From Rhynchopus sp. YZ270_cl-10 (taxonomy: Eukaryota), in NCBI GenBank assembly GCA_964035575.1, contig OZ037838.1, positions 1,302,001 through 1,366,000 of the forward strand: DNA of 64,000 nt. Reading direction: 5' to 3'. Below, in pieces: positions 46,038 through 57,342 of the stretch. The position numbers and the translations under genes are program-made. The stretch's first letter is position 1. The number at the start of each line of letters is the position of its first letter. Under the pieces are notes generated by a model. That model was not told the origin of the DNA. It did not search any database and saw only the letters and a program-made list of their open reading frames with translations.

Positions 46038-47201
46038 ATGACTCAAGCTGGGTTGCGTAATTCTACTATACTGCAGAATGAGGGGCAAGCCTCGAAGATT
46101 AAGCTGTCGACACATGCGCCTTGGGTTACTGCACAGAATTGGCTCTGCCGCTCTGGACGTGCGTCGACACGACTCAGCAACATCGTGGAAGGGTCTCTCG
46201 ATTCTTACAAGGTAGACTGCCTCTCTGGCGTTGTACTGCGTGTTGTTCTCGATGAGCGTGGCTGCAAGCTTCTTCTCTTTAGTGACGGTACCGCGACGCT
46301 ACCGGTCACTGTGCATGCTTCTGTCTTCAAAACCCGTCCCGGTGTGGACCAAGAAGGAGCCGCGTTGATTCTGCAGCGTGTCTCTGTGTTGGAGCACCTT
46401 CCAGGCGTGCGGTCTTTGATCATCTGTCCAAGCAATGTTGTGCGTGTGGTTGCTGCGGATGGTGGTGAAGGGGTAGGTGTGTTTGCACCGCCGCACACCA
46501 CAGCGGGGGTGGGGAAGGGGAGGGAGGAAGGTGCGGTGAATGAGGTGCGGTTCCACGATGTGCCGCTGTTCTCGCAGGCGCAGCAGGTGGGTGGGTCTCA
46601 GGTGGGAGGGTCGCAGCATGTCGGTGTGTCGCAGGCCTCGCAAGGGGAGAGAGAGAGAAGGCCCGTCGCGTTTGTAGGGAGGGAGAGCTCGCAGCAGAGC
46701 CAAGCGGGGCTGGTGGGTGTGTCGCAGGCACCGTCGCAGGTAGTGCAAGGTGCTGAGGGGAAACTGTCGCAGTCGTCGCAGCGGCGGCCCGTTCCATTTG
46801 TGCAGAGCTCGCAGACATTGTCGCAGCCGCTGTCGCAGGCAGTGCCGGTGTTTGCAGGCGTGTCGCAGGGTGTGGCTGGTGTGGCTGGTGTGTCCAGCGA
46901 ACCAAGCGGGGCAGGAGCCAAGCGTGAAAGCCCATACCCAATGTCGCGGTCGAAGCGTCTCAAACGCGGCCTCAGCGACGCAGCGAGCACATTGCACAGT
47001 GCGCCAAGCGATGTGCTTGCGAGTGCCTCGGAAGGGGTTGTGCTTGCCAGCGGGACGTCGGGTGGCCTCTCGAAGGACACTGCTGCCTTGGGGTCGGGGT
47101 CGGGGTCGGGGGGTGTTGTGCTGGAGTCGTCGACACCACTGCCAGGGGCGTCTGATGCGGGGGATGCGGAGACGGACCTATGCGATGGGCTTGACTTCTG
47201 A
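46038..47201 (+). CDS. HROB: HROB/MCM8IP-like (DUF4539) OB-fold protein with an SQ-rich disordered tail
   Basis: LLFSDGTATLPVTVH...GAALILQRVSVL...SLIICPSNVVRV matches the remembered HROB OB-fold pattern (DPTG..GTVH, GAVLIL..VSVF, LNIT..N.V); about 15 SQ dipeptides follow. Confidence 0.65.
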   Translation: MTQAGLRNSTILQNEGQASKIKLSTHAPWVTAQNWLCRSGRASTRLSNIVEGSLDSYKVDCLSGVVLRVVLDERGCKLLLFSDGTATLPVTVHASVFKTRPGVDQEGAALILQRVSVLEHLPGVRSLIICPSNVVRVVAADGGEGVGVFAPPHTTAGVGKGREEGAVNEVRFHDVPLFSQAQQVGGSQVGGSQHVGVSQASQGERERRPVAFVGRESSQQSQAGLVGVSQAPSQVVQGAEGKLSQSSQRRPVPFVQSSQTLSQPLSQAVPVFAGVSQGVAGVAGVSSEPSGAGAKRESPYPMSRSKRLKRGLSDAASTLHSAPSDVLASASEGVVLASGTSGGLSKDTAALGSGSGSGGVVLESSTPLPGASDAGDAETDLCDGLDF

Positions 47202-47991
47202 AAACGGCTGGAAAAAAAGGGGGGAAAGATGGGTGCGTTTTTCTTGTAGTGATTGTTTGTCTCTGAGGTGTTTGGGGGTTGTTTGGGTCTCCCGCAAAGT
47301 GTTGTTCGATACTGTGCAAAGAGCTTACCTAAAATGGAGGTACACAAGGTGGGTCTAGGATCGTCTCCGTGAGATACGCAGGCTGTGAGAGCTTGTGAGA
47401 TGTGAAACAATCTCTCGCCGTTCATAGATCACCCAAAAAAGGGTTCACAAAAAAAAGGTGGGTGGGTTCCTATCATCACTCTACTGGGGGTTCTCTGACA
47501 CTCCCCCTGTCTTCTTCCTCCTCGACGAACCACGAGAGTGTCGTCACTGATCTGCTTCTCTACCTAGAGAAGTACATCGCGACCAGGATACATAAAACGT
47601 TGGTTGAATTAGTGCACACATTTGACAAGGTCGATCCAAAAAACTCATCAAAACATGTTGGAGGAACAGCAGGGCGGTTCATCATACACCAGTTTACTTA
47701 GGTCTGCATCTTAGCCAACTCCACTTCCTCTTCCATATCAGCTGTGACCCCTCAGCGGATCCCCACCACCACCACCACCCTAACAAAACACCACCCGCCA
47801 GAATATAAAAAAATTGTTTTATTTTCCCAGCATCTTCCGGTGCCTCGATAAAGCTGTTCTGCACTGCGTTCAACTTCTCTTTTCTTCTTACCCCCCCCCC
47901 CCCCCTCCCCCTCCTCCCCCTCCTCCCCCCATTTTTTTTTCCACCTAAAATAATTTGACTTCCATTTCGTCTTAAAGGTCTCCGTTTGAAA

Positions 47992-48866
47992 ATGTATTGC
48001 CAGACTGCACAAGGTTCGCCTGCGGTATGGAGACTACCACGCGCACGGCGGCGTATGCAGGACGCACCACTGCAGGCAACCGATGCGTCGTGCACTTCCT
48101 CTGCCCTGTCTGTCACTCATGAGGCGAGTGGGACCACCTCTTCTTCTTCTTCGTCACTGTGCCGTGGGTATGTGGGTGTGCTGCCACAGGATATGCTTGA
48201 ATCTGTGTTTCTCTACCTGGACAGAACTGCGCTAGGGATATGCCACAACGTGGTGTCCTCCTGGCGGCATTCGATTGAGTCAAACGCAACGTTGAACCTA
48301 GAGTCACGCACGCAGCACCTCGGCAACCAATGCTACGATGAGTGCTACTTCTTCGCCTCCCTCGACGCCTTCGGCACAGACGTGGATTTCTGCTTCGCGG
48401 AACGACCCCCAGCATCTCTGCACACAGAGGAGGGGTGGGTGGTATGGCAATTTTTTGTCTTCTTTATCTCATCTTTTTACAGGAAATACAAGGGAAGGGG
48501 GGTGTTGTGCGAGACGTAAGCGATGTGTTAGCGGGCAAGCGCGAGAGGGAGAAACGGGTGCATTCCGGTGTTTTGGTGGGCGCGAAGATCAACAAGGGTA
48601 AGGGCACTGCTACCACCGCATCGAAGGCAAACAGCAAACCCCGCCCGAGCAGGGCCACCCCAGTCAAGCCCGTCAACAGCCAAAGCAGTGCGGCGGCAGC
48701 AGCCCCGTCTGTGCCTGCCGCACACCCCCTCTCGCCACCAGGGCCAATCGGCCTTGCGCTCACCCCAGCCACACTTCCCGCGCTGGGAAGCAAGCATGGC
48801 GGGACCCAACCCACCCCCTTTTCCATGGAGGTTGGCGGGTCTGCCATTCACATGGCAAACAGATGA
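47992..48866 (+). CDS. F-box-like protein; join(47992..48441,48483..48866), ~277 aa
   Basis: LPQDMLESVFLYLDRTALGICHNVVSSWRHSI fits the F-box consensus. A 41-nt GTATGG...TTTACAG intron joins the two ORFs in frame. Confidence 0.62.
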
Positions 48867-51032
48867 TTGCTTTTTTTAGTGTACGAAGTAACTGCGAGAC
48901 TTAGGTTTATGTGTCATTTGTTTTGGATTTGGATTTTTTTTGCATTTTCCGTTGTTTTTTTTTGTCTGCTTCGAAGCAAAAGCAGACAAAAACAGGTGTT
49001 TTTAGTTTTTTTATTTTTACGTTTTGTAAATTTAGGTGACTTAATACTTCAAGGTTTAGATTCATCTTACTGTTCTTTTCCCCCGCAGTGCCTGCGCCCG
49101 CCGAACGGTGAGGCGTTTGCACTTTCAACTTCTCTTTTTTGTGCACCGAAACAAAGTGCTACGAGGCTTGAAAGAAGCCCCACTCTTACCCTCTCCCGCA
49201 ACATGGAGTTAAGTATTTTGTGTTCCCTGCATCAATTCAGTCAGCGGGAAAAAGTCACCATTTGAGTCCCTTTTTTTGAGGTTTTGACCAAACCAAACTT
49301 GGGTTGTCCTTTTCAAAGATGTTTTTTAGTCGGTGTGATACGGTATTCTACCCCCTGGCGCGTTTTGGCCTTATTTCTCCCGATTTCACCTTTGTTGTAG
49401 TTCTGATCTGTGCTTCCCATCTTGTGGGAAACTGATGGGTAACATACTTTGGTGACAGGGTGTATTTCAGGTAGGGGGGTGGTCCCCCGGTACTTTCCAT
49501 GCAAAAACCCCACTTTGGGAGGAGGAAATACAATCCGACCGAGCCTGGGTGACAGATGTATGTATGTACATATATTCCTCTTTTTTCAACTTTTCTGCAT
49601 TTTTGTTGATCCCTCACCATACTATCAATCTATTGATTGCATATGATGAAAAAAACTTTTCTGCACTCAACGAACTCCCATTTCGTTCCTCTCTTTTCTT
49701 ATCCCCGTTTTGTTTTGCTCCGTATTCAGACAAAAAAAAACTACAAGATGCACTTTTTTTTTGTGCTCAATTATTTCGTTCGCCGTTTCTCCTTTTTGTT
49801 TGATTCAATAAAAGAAAAGCTCTTCACACCCTACCACATTTTGTTTCTTCTCCTTTAGGGGATCTAGAGCGTGATCAAGCCTTCTTTTGATTCCATCCGC
49901 TCCATCTCCTTTTAACCTTGCCTCGCTGTCCTTTGCAACAGACGTCTTCGCCGCCTTCAAATCCGCCTCCTTCTGCAATGCTGATGCATCTCTGCATCAC
50001 TTACCTCAGACGAACTGCTTCTTGCTCCATTTTGTTCCTCCTCCTTTTACCAACTTTGTTACACCAACAACGTTGTTGTTCCCTCCGACAATAGGGAGGC
50101 TGATACAGGCAACTCAGAATTTAATTTTTCCTTACACGTAACGTAGCAAACAACCCAAAGTCCTCAAGTTAGATGCGCGATCAACATCGCGAAGCCTCTT
50201 ATTTGGGCGTCTATCTTAAACATCTGATCGGGGTGTGACTGAAATTCATCAAAATCATCGAAGTCACGTCTGATTGCGCTTATTAATATCGGGTGAAACA
50301 TGCTAATCTGATGAAAGGACGACGGAATGCCTTGTTTGTCGTTGCTAGTGCTCACACTATTTTTTCCTTTCTTCGGGAAGGATGAGGATCCGAAATGCAA
50401 GCAGAAGCGCGGCGAACTGAAGCAAATGCTCAAATGGGCCTCCTCCCTGAAATAGAGTACTGCCATGATAAGGTGACTAATCACGAGAGGCTTAGGGACA
50501 TCTTATAAACTTTTCTTTTTTTTTTTTTTTTGGCTGCGTTCAACGAAAATAATCTCCCTTTTTTAGTCGAGTAATCAAGATCAGTTGGCGACTGTAAGAG
50601 TCGAGTTTTATGAAGACCCCCCCCACCTTCGACGTTGTGTACCTCCCTCCACTCAAAAAAAAAAACCCCCCCAACACACAATACAAAAACCACAGGATTT
50701 TTGCTTTGAACTTTTTTTTTCTCCTACTTCTCTTTCACCAGACCCAGCACGAAAAGCGCTGTAGGCTCAATCTTAACCCAAAAAACCCTCTCTCTCTGCT
50801 CTGCTTCTCCCCCCGCACCTCTTTGTCAATGCCGTGCCCCCTGGATTTCCCCCCTACACTTTAGCCATCTCTCTCCCCCATATTCACATCCCCACCACGG
50901 AGAACACGCCCACAGAGGCGTTGTGCAATTTTGTTTCTTCTTCTTCCAACTTTTATTTCGTGTCAACACCGTGGGTAAACTTTAGGACCTTTTAAAAAAA
51001 AAACATTTTCAAATTTTTTCTCTCTCTCTCCT

Positions 51033-53909
51033 ATGATTAGTTTCAGTTCTTTCTTTTTTCTTATGGCGTCTTCGGGGATGACACATGCATCCGAGAACCC
51101 TCAGACTGGTGACGCCTTTTCAGGCGATATTCGTATGGAACACATTGCACTGATCGCACCTGCCGGGGCGATCCTCCTCTGTGCACTCTGCTACGTTGTC
51201 ATCGTGGAGAAGCTCTTACGGGGACGGAAGCTGGCACTCCCTGTGTTCATGCTGCTTCTGGTGTTTGGGTCTATGTTCACGATGGGAGTGGTGGCCTGGG
51301 GCGTAACGTACACCACCTCGCGACACGAGATCGAAGAGGTGACCGAACGCTTCCTCTACTCAAAGTCGCAGACCGCAGTATCCCGCGTGGTCTCTGAGAT
51401 TGAACCACTCATCCTCTCTGTCCTTTCCTTCGTGGAGGTCAGCGCGGCTGGACGTGGCTTTGATGAAACCTCCACTTGGCCTGATAGCCAGCTCTTTTTG
51501 GACCATATTCTTCGACCACACACATCTTCCTCTGTGTTCATGATATATTATGCGCTACCAGATGGAAGAATGTACGGTGTAGTGCCAGGCAGATCTGGCC
51601 CTCTTTTGCATAAGGTTTGCGTTCATCCGGAGGATCCATTACCAAGCTGGGTGATGTGTGCACGGAAGGATTATATCAGTGAGGAATCCTGCGCCGCATT
51701 AAACTGCGCAAACCAGACCGCAAGACGCGACTGCGCAGAGCACTGCAACATCCCCACCGCCACCCCCTCCCGCGAACACTGCTACGGTACGAACGCCTCT
51801 CTTCGCTATCTCACCTTCGAGACCACACCGAACACGACGCACACCGACACCACATCATCCTCACACAGCTTCCTCCCTACCAACAACCTCATCGGTGAGG
51901 CAAAGAAATACGACCCTCGACTGCGCCCCTGGTACATCTCTGCTGAAGAAACGGACAGCTTAACCTGGCAGATCTACCCCTTTATGTCAATCTCTGGGAC
52001 CGGGTTGACAGCAAGCAGACGTATTTTGCACAGGGGGGAGCTTGCCATGGTGGTTGCGGTTGATTTTACTCCGGCGCAGATTTCGGTTATCATGAAAGCG
52101 ATTATCCCGACGCAGGGTGCCTTATCTGTGCTTATGACAGAGGATTTACTACTTCTTGGCTCGTCGTTGTCGTCGGAGGAGTTAATGGCAGATGCCTTCC
52201 CAGCAGACCCTTCTCATCCGATTCTGTCCTTTGGGGAGGATAGTGAGGTGCGTCGTTTTGTACAGCATGTGACAGAGAGGTTTGGGAGTGTTTCTGCAGC
52301 GTTAGAGACAGAGGCGATGTGGAAAGTAGGGTCGGACGATGTGGTCATGGCGTTGCCGGTTCGATTGGCGGGGTGGTGTGTGCTGCTTGGCGCGCATCTT
52401 CCGTATGCGGATATGATGGGTACCGTTGATGAATCTTCAACGATGTCTCTGGGGTTGACTCTGGCGTTTTCTGTTGTGGGTGCTGCGGCGACGTTTTTGG
52501 TGTTGCGGTTTGCTTTGTTGCCTATTCAACATCTTCGTGTTGCCATGCAGCACGTGGCAGTCATGCAGACAGAGAAGGTGGAACCATGTGCAGATTCGTT
52601 CCTGCAAGATATCAGTACAATGCAGCATTCGTTTGCAAAAATGATTGAAAATTTGCAGCTTTTCAAAGAGTACATCCCTCAATCCGTCATCTTCTGTGGC
52701 AACGAAACCGAAGATCCACCCAAGGAAACAGAGGTAAAAAAACGGAGATCAACGTGCACTCCGGTACCTTCTCCTGCTGGATCGGTGGGTGCTGCAAGCG
52801 GGAGTGGGACGCCTCCTCGCAACCCATTGCGGAGGGACAGCAAAACGTCTGATTCTTTGGCAATTTCTGTGGATAAGAGGGATGATGGGTCGTACTTTTC
52901 GCATACTTCCTTTGTGTCGCAGGGGGAAGATGAAGACTCATTTCCGAGCCAAGCGAGTCTGGGGTCGAGAAAGAGCGTGGTGGTGCTCCGGGGAACGTCG
53001 TTGATGCTGCTGAAGGTGAAAAAGATCTCGCTGGCGAGCGCGAACATCCAAGGCTTTCAGAATATGGCGAGAACGCTCTCATGCGAGAACCTCAGCCGTC
53101 TCCACGAGAATTATCTGCTCCAATTCCAAATCGCCGCGAAGGAACGCAAAGGAATCATTGAAGAATTCTCTGGAGACCAGGTAACAGTTTCATTCAATGG
53201 TGTGCACACTCTTTCCGACCACAATCGAAAATGCGTAGCATATTGCCGGCATCTGCAACTCGTCTTTTCTACCACAACCTTCGAAGAGGTGGAGGCGCGC
53301 GAACTAAAAGTTAACTTCGCTGCAGTCTGCGGGCGTGTTTTGTGCGGTTCCATGGGATGTATAGGGTTGAAGCGATTTTCCATCATCGGCCCCGTAGTTT
53401 CAGATCTACGAGTTTTTGAAAGATGGGGCGCATCATGGAATATAGCGTTTATCTGTGGAGATGGAGTGGCGGAAGATTTTTCGGTGTGTGTTCATTATAA
53501 TTTTAGGATGATTGCGAGGGCAATGTGCAGAGAGATCCGCCCCCGTAGAGTGTATGAGTGTATGTCCGAATGCGAAGAAGAAGTGAAATCCGAGGAATGG
53601 ATGTACCAACTGGATCATATGCAGCACAGCAGTGCATGGGGTATGTACAACGCCGTAATAGACGCGCTGTACAGAGGGAACTTCCCGCAGGGTGCAGAGG
53701 CGCTCGCAAAGCTGGAAAAGACCGGCAGTGATACCCGCTATCTGCGCAGGTGGCTGGAGACAAGCAAAAAGGAAGGCAATAGCGCCAAACCGCTATTCCT
53801 CCGCACCGTCGCAGTACCGTACACAGTTGGCAACACCTTTCGCAGTGAAGAAGAAACAAACGTTCTCGCGTGTCTACCTGTCGTATTAGGTGATGCTGAA
53901 GACGTTTAA
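51033..53909 (+). CDS. Receptor-type class III nucleotide cyclase-like protein (TM-Cache-TM-HAMP-cyclase), paralog 1; the true start may be ATG 51063
   Basis: N-terminal TM helices, dCache motif YDPRLRPWY, TM plus HAMP-like segment, EYIPQSV, cyclase-like IIEEFSGD, GRVLCGSMG and EEWMYQL. Confidence 0.8.
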   Translation: MISFSSFFFLMASSGMTHASENPQTGDAFSGDIRMEHIALIAPAGAILLCALCYVVIVEKLLRGRKLALPVFMLLLVFGSMFTMGVVAWGVTYTTSRHEIEEVTERFLYSKSQTAVSRVVSEIEPLILSVLSFVEVSAAGRGFDETSTWPDSQLFLDHILRPHTSSSVFMIYYALPDGRMYGVVPGRSGPLLHKVCVHPEDPLPSWVMCARKDYISEESCAALNCANQTARRDCAEHCNIPTATPSREHCYGTNASLRYLTFETTPNTTHTDTTSSSHSFLPTNNLIGEAKKYDPRLRPWYISAEETDSLTWQIYPFMSISGTGLTASRRILHRGELAMVVAVDFTPAQISVIMKAIIPTQGALSVLMTEDLLLLGSSLSSEELMADAFPADPSHPILSFGEDSEVRRFVQHVTERFGSVSAALETEAMWKVGSDDVVMALPVRLAGWCVLLGAHLPYADMMGTVDESSTMSLGLTLAFSVVGAAATFLVLRFALLPIQHLRVAMQHVAVMQTEKVEPCADSFLQDISTMQHSFAKMIENLQLFKEYIPQSVIFCGNETEDPPKETEVKKRRSTCTPVPSPAGSVGAASGSGTPPRNPLRRDSKTSDSLAISVDKRDDGSYFSHTSFVSQGEDEDSFPSQASLGSRKSVVVLRGTSLMLLKVKKISLASANIQGFQNMARTLSCENLSRLHENYLLQFQIAAKERKGIIEEFSGDQVTVSFNGVHTLSDHNRKCVAYCRHLQLVFSTTTFEEVEARELKVNFAAVCGRVLCGSMGCIGLKRFSIIGPVVSDLRVFERWGASWNIAFICGDGVAEDFSVCVHYNFRMIARAMCREIRPRRVYECMSECEEEVKSEEWMYQLDHMQHSSAWGMYNAVIDALYRGNFPQGAEALAKLEKTGSDTRYLRRWLETSKKEGNSAKPLFLRTVAVPYTVGNTFRSEEETNVLACLPVVLGDAEDV

Positions 53910-55310
53910 TTTTTTTTGGAGGGGTTTGTGGGAAAATGATGTCTGATGTTTTGTTTATCCTCCCCTTCCGGAGTGTGAATGAAAAGGTAGAAAAAAAAGT
54001 TCTCTGTTTGCGGGTTTGCGAAAAGATACCTAGCTTCGGCGAACGGCCACCTTCCAAGTTCACATCCAGACTCCGTGTCTCCAACCGGGTCTATACGAGT
54101 CCGAATGGACTGGCGGGCGTAACTTCGAGCTGATATTTAATTACTTTTTTTGAGACAACTGCCTTGCAAAGGTTGTAGGGGGAATGAAAACGTATCTGCG
54201 TGAGTGCCCGAATTTTTTGGTGAGAGTGACTGGAAACACGACAACTTATTTACAGAAAAGTTTTTTGCATTTGTCCCTACACACTCCACAAAAATTCGGT
54301 GCGAACAAAAACTTCTTTTTTCTGATTTCGTTTCTTTCTTCTTTATGAGACTAGCTTAAACTCGGATATCAGTTTTTTTGGGATATATTTTTGTTTGAAA
54401 GGTTAGCAAGTTGCGATGATACATCCAAAAAATAAATTCCCGAATTCTCCCACCTTGGTGGGATTACTCGGCGACACGACAATAAATGAGGGCAGCATTT
54501 CAAAGAACCTTTGGTGGGGTGGTAGCAACCCAACAAAAGAAATATTTTTTTGACCCCAAGAGTTTCCCGCATATCTCATATCTTAAGGTATCAGGTGACG
54601 AAGCAGAGGCTTAGGGGTCTTGTTCTACGTTTCTATGTACGATGCTGGACTCGAATGGATGTAGGAGCAACATGGTTTTGTCATCTGTTCTTTCGTGTAC
54701 TGTTCGCGCAAGGCAGACAGTCACTAGAGGGCTTTGTGATCCAACTCATGTCTCATAATAATTATCTTTTTTATCTGCAACTTTGGGTGTGATGTGCAAT
54801 CTGTGCCCCGATTGACATTGAGGACAGAACGTACTGTAGTAGCGGTACATTTTTTTTGTGTTATCAAACATTGACGAATGGAAATGAAAAGCGACGGATG
54901 GTGCGTGTGCTTTGGCGTATTGGTTTTTCACTAACATATACTCACTCACGTTCATCAGTGGAAAGCACAAACCTTTTGTGTGATAAACGGAAAAGTGTTT
55001 TCTTTATTTCATTTAACTGTCATATCCTGAAGTCGTTTTCTATTTTTATTCATTCAAGGTAAGTACGCGATGCTTAGGGTCATTTTATAACCCTTTTCGT
55101 TTATTTTTAATTGTCAGTGCCTGCGTCCCAGAGGCGTTTGCACGACGTCACTTTATTTTTTTGCTTTGATCCGGATGAGGAAGTTTGCACATTTTTTTTA
55201 AACTTCTCTTTCGTTTTGTACTAACGTACACATTTATTGGGGTGGGGATCTCTAAACATTATTATTAGTATTTTAGTAGCAGTTCTTCGTTTCTCTTCTT
55301 CCCCCTCCCC

Positions 55311-56275
55311 CTAGGCATACCTAGAAGGCGAATTTCGTATTCGCCCTACATTCGGATCCGAATATGGCATATTCGGCCTATATTCGGATCCGAATATAGG
55401 CCGAATATGATATTCGCCTTCTAGGTATGCCTAGGTATACCCAGAAGGCGAATACATATTCGCCCTATATTCGGATCCGTACATAGGCCGAATATCATAT
55501 TCGCCTTCTAGGTATGCCTAGGTATACCCAGAAGGCGAATACATATTCGCCCTATATTCGGATCCGTACATAGGCCGAATATCATATTCGCCTTCTAGGT
55601 ATGCCTAGGTATACCCAGAAGGCGAATACATATTCGCCCTATATTCGGATCCGTACATAGGACGAATATCATATTCGCCTTCTAGGTATGCCTAGGTATA
55701 CCCAGAAGGCGAATACATATTCGCCCTATATTCGGATCCGTACATAGGCCGAATATCATATTCGCCTTCTAGGTATGCCTAGGTATACCCAGAAGGCGAA
55801 TACATATTCGCCCTATATTCGGATCCGTACATAGGACGAATATCATATTCGCCTTCTAGGTATGCCTAGGTATACCCAGAAGGCGAATACATATTCGCCC
55901 TATATTCGGATCCGTACATAGGCCGAATATCATATTCGCCTTCTAGGTATGCCTAGGTATACCCAGAAGGCGAATACATATTCGCCCTATATTCGGATCC
56001 GTACATAGGACGAATATCATATTCGCCTTCTAGGTATGCCTAGGTATACCCAGAAGGCGAATACATATTCGCCCTATATTCGGATCCGTACATAGGCCGA
56101 ATATCATATTCGCCTTCTAGGTATGCCTAGGTATACCCAGAAGGCGAATACATATTCGCCCTATATTCGGATCCGTACATAGGACGAATATCATATTCGC
56201 CTGTTTTCTTCTATTTGCCCTACATTCGGATCCGAATATAGGGCGAATACCGTATTCGCCTTCGGGGTATGCGTG
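55311..56275. repeat. 87-bp palindromic satellite (9 core units) bounded by inverted termini, possibly a foldback-type element
   Basis: Period 87 (CCAGAAGGCG at 55441, 55528, 55615...). Each unit folds about GGATCC and each junction about CCTAGG. Termini are GCATACC..GAAGGCGAAT / ATTCGCCTTC..GGTATGC, with CCCCTCCCC on both flanks. Confidence 0.92.
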
Positions 56276-57342
56276 CCCCTCCCCTCTCCCAAACAAAGGT
56301 GCCTTTCAAAAGGGAGTAAGCCTTCCGAAATGAACGCCAGATATAGTGGTAAAGAGTCCCGTCCTTCCTCCGAACGCGTGGGTGCTTCATTGTTTGCAAG
56401 AGTCGCTCGGTTTGGGAATGCTGAAAGCTTGCTCAAGCTAATTGGCAACAGACTACAGAGTCCAAATATGTGAAAACCTATGCAAACGGAGAAACAGGAG
56501 CAGGTGACGGCTGTGGCTACAAATTCAACCAACACCCATATTATCAAAACAGAATTTTTTTTTTGGGCCTTTTTTTTTTTGTTGCCCCTCGGCAAAAGAG
56601 GGCAATTCGTGTACCTTCTCCCCTGAGGTCCCTCCCCTCCCATATATTTTTTTGTCACAGACGCGTTTGCGCATCCTTTGGGCGTTTACGTTGATACAAA
56701 CCAACTCTCCCCATTACTACACCGCTCCTGCAACAAAAAGAACAACAAAAAAGTGAAGACACTAATCCAGCAAATGATCAACGAAGAAGAAAGATGATTC
56801 CATCAGGGTTGTCCCTAAGTGAGAGCGAAGAACATGAAATTCTGGATTTCCCCCCCTCCTTTTTTTGTGAAGGTAGAGCTTGGAAAACCCGAAAAGGGGG
56901 GGAAAAAAATGAGAACATAAATTCAGATTTTTGTTTTTTTCCGAGAACAAGGGGCCCTGTTATTACGATCACTGTTTTTGTGCCCACGACCTCTCTCACT
57001 CGGCACAAAAAAACAAAAACAAAAAAAAAGTGGCAGAATCATTGTCGATTCCAAAAAAAAGATGTTTTTTCCCCCTGATAAATCACCCTCCCCCTTGCAA
57101 GCCCCTAAACAAGAGTCCCCTACGTCAGCTGGAGTTCTCAACAAAACTTCTTTTTTGTTTACTTCATACTAGCCCTATATTCTTCTTATGGCTATGCCTG
57201 CTCGTCTTCGCCCTATTTGTACTATTTTCTTTGGTTTTTTACCTCCCCAAATCACACCCCCCCCCTCACCCACCCTCCAGGGGCACGACACCCTCCCCAA
57301 TATTTTTTTCTTCTTCTCCCACATGGAGTAGGCTAGAGAACA

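Noticed and set aside
49860..50484. Minus-strand coding-like fragments
   Set aside because: Interrupted by stops with no recognisable domain; possibly decayed gene or TE sequence but not supportable.
55424..56203. CRISPR array
   Set aside because: Units are identical end to end with no unique spacers, there are no cas genes, and the context is eukaryotic.
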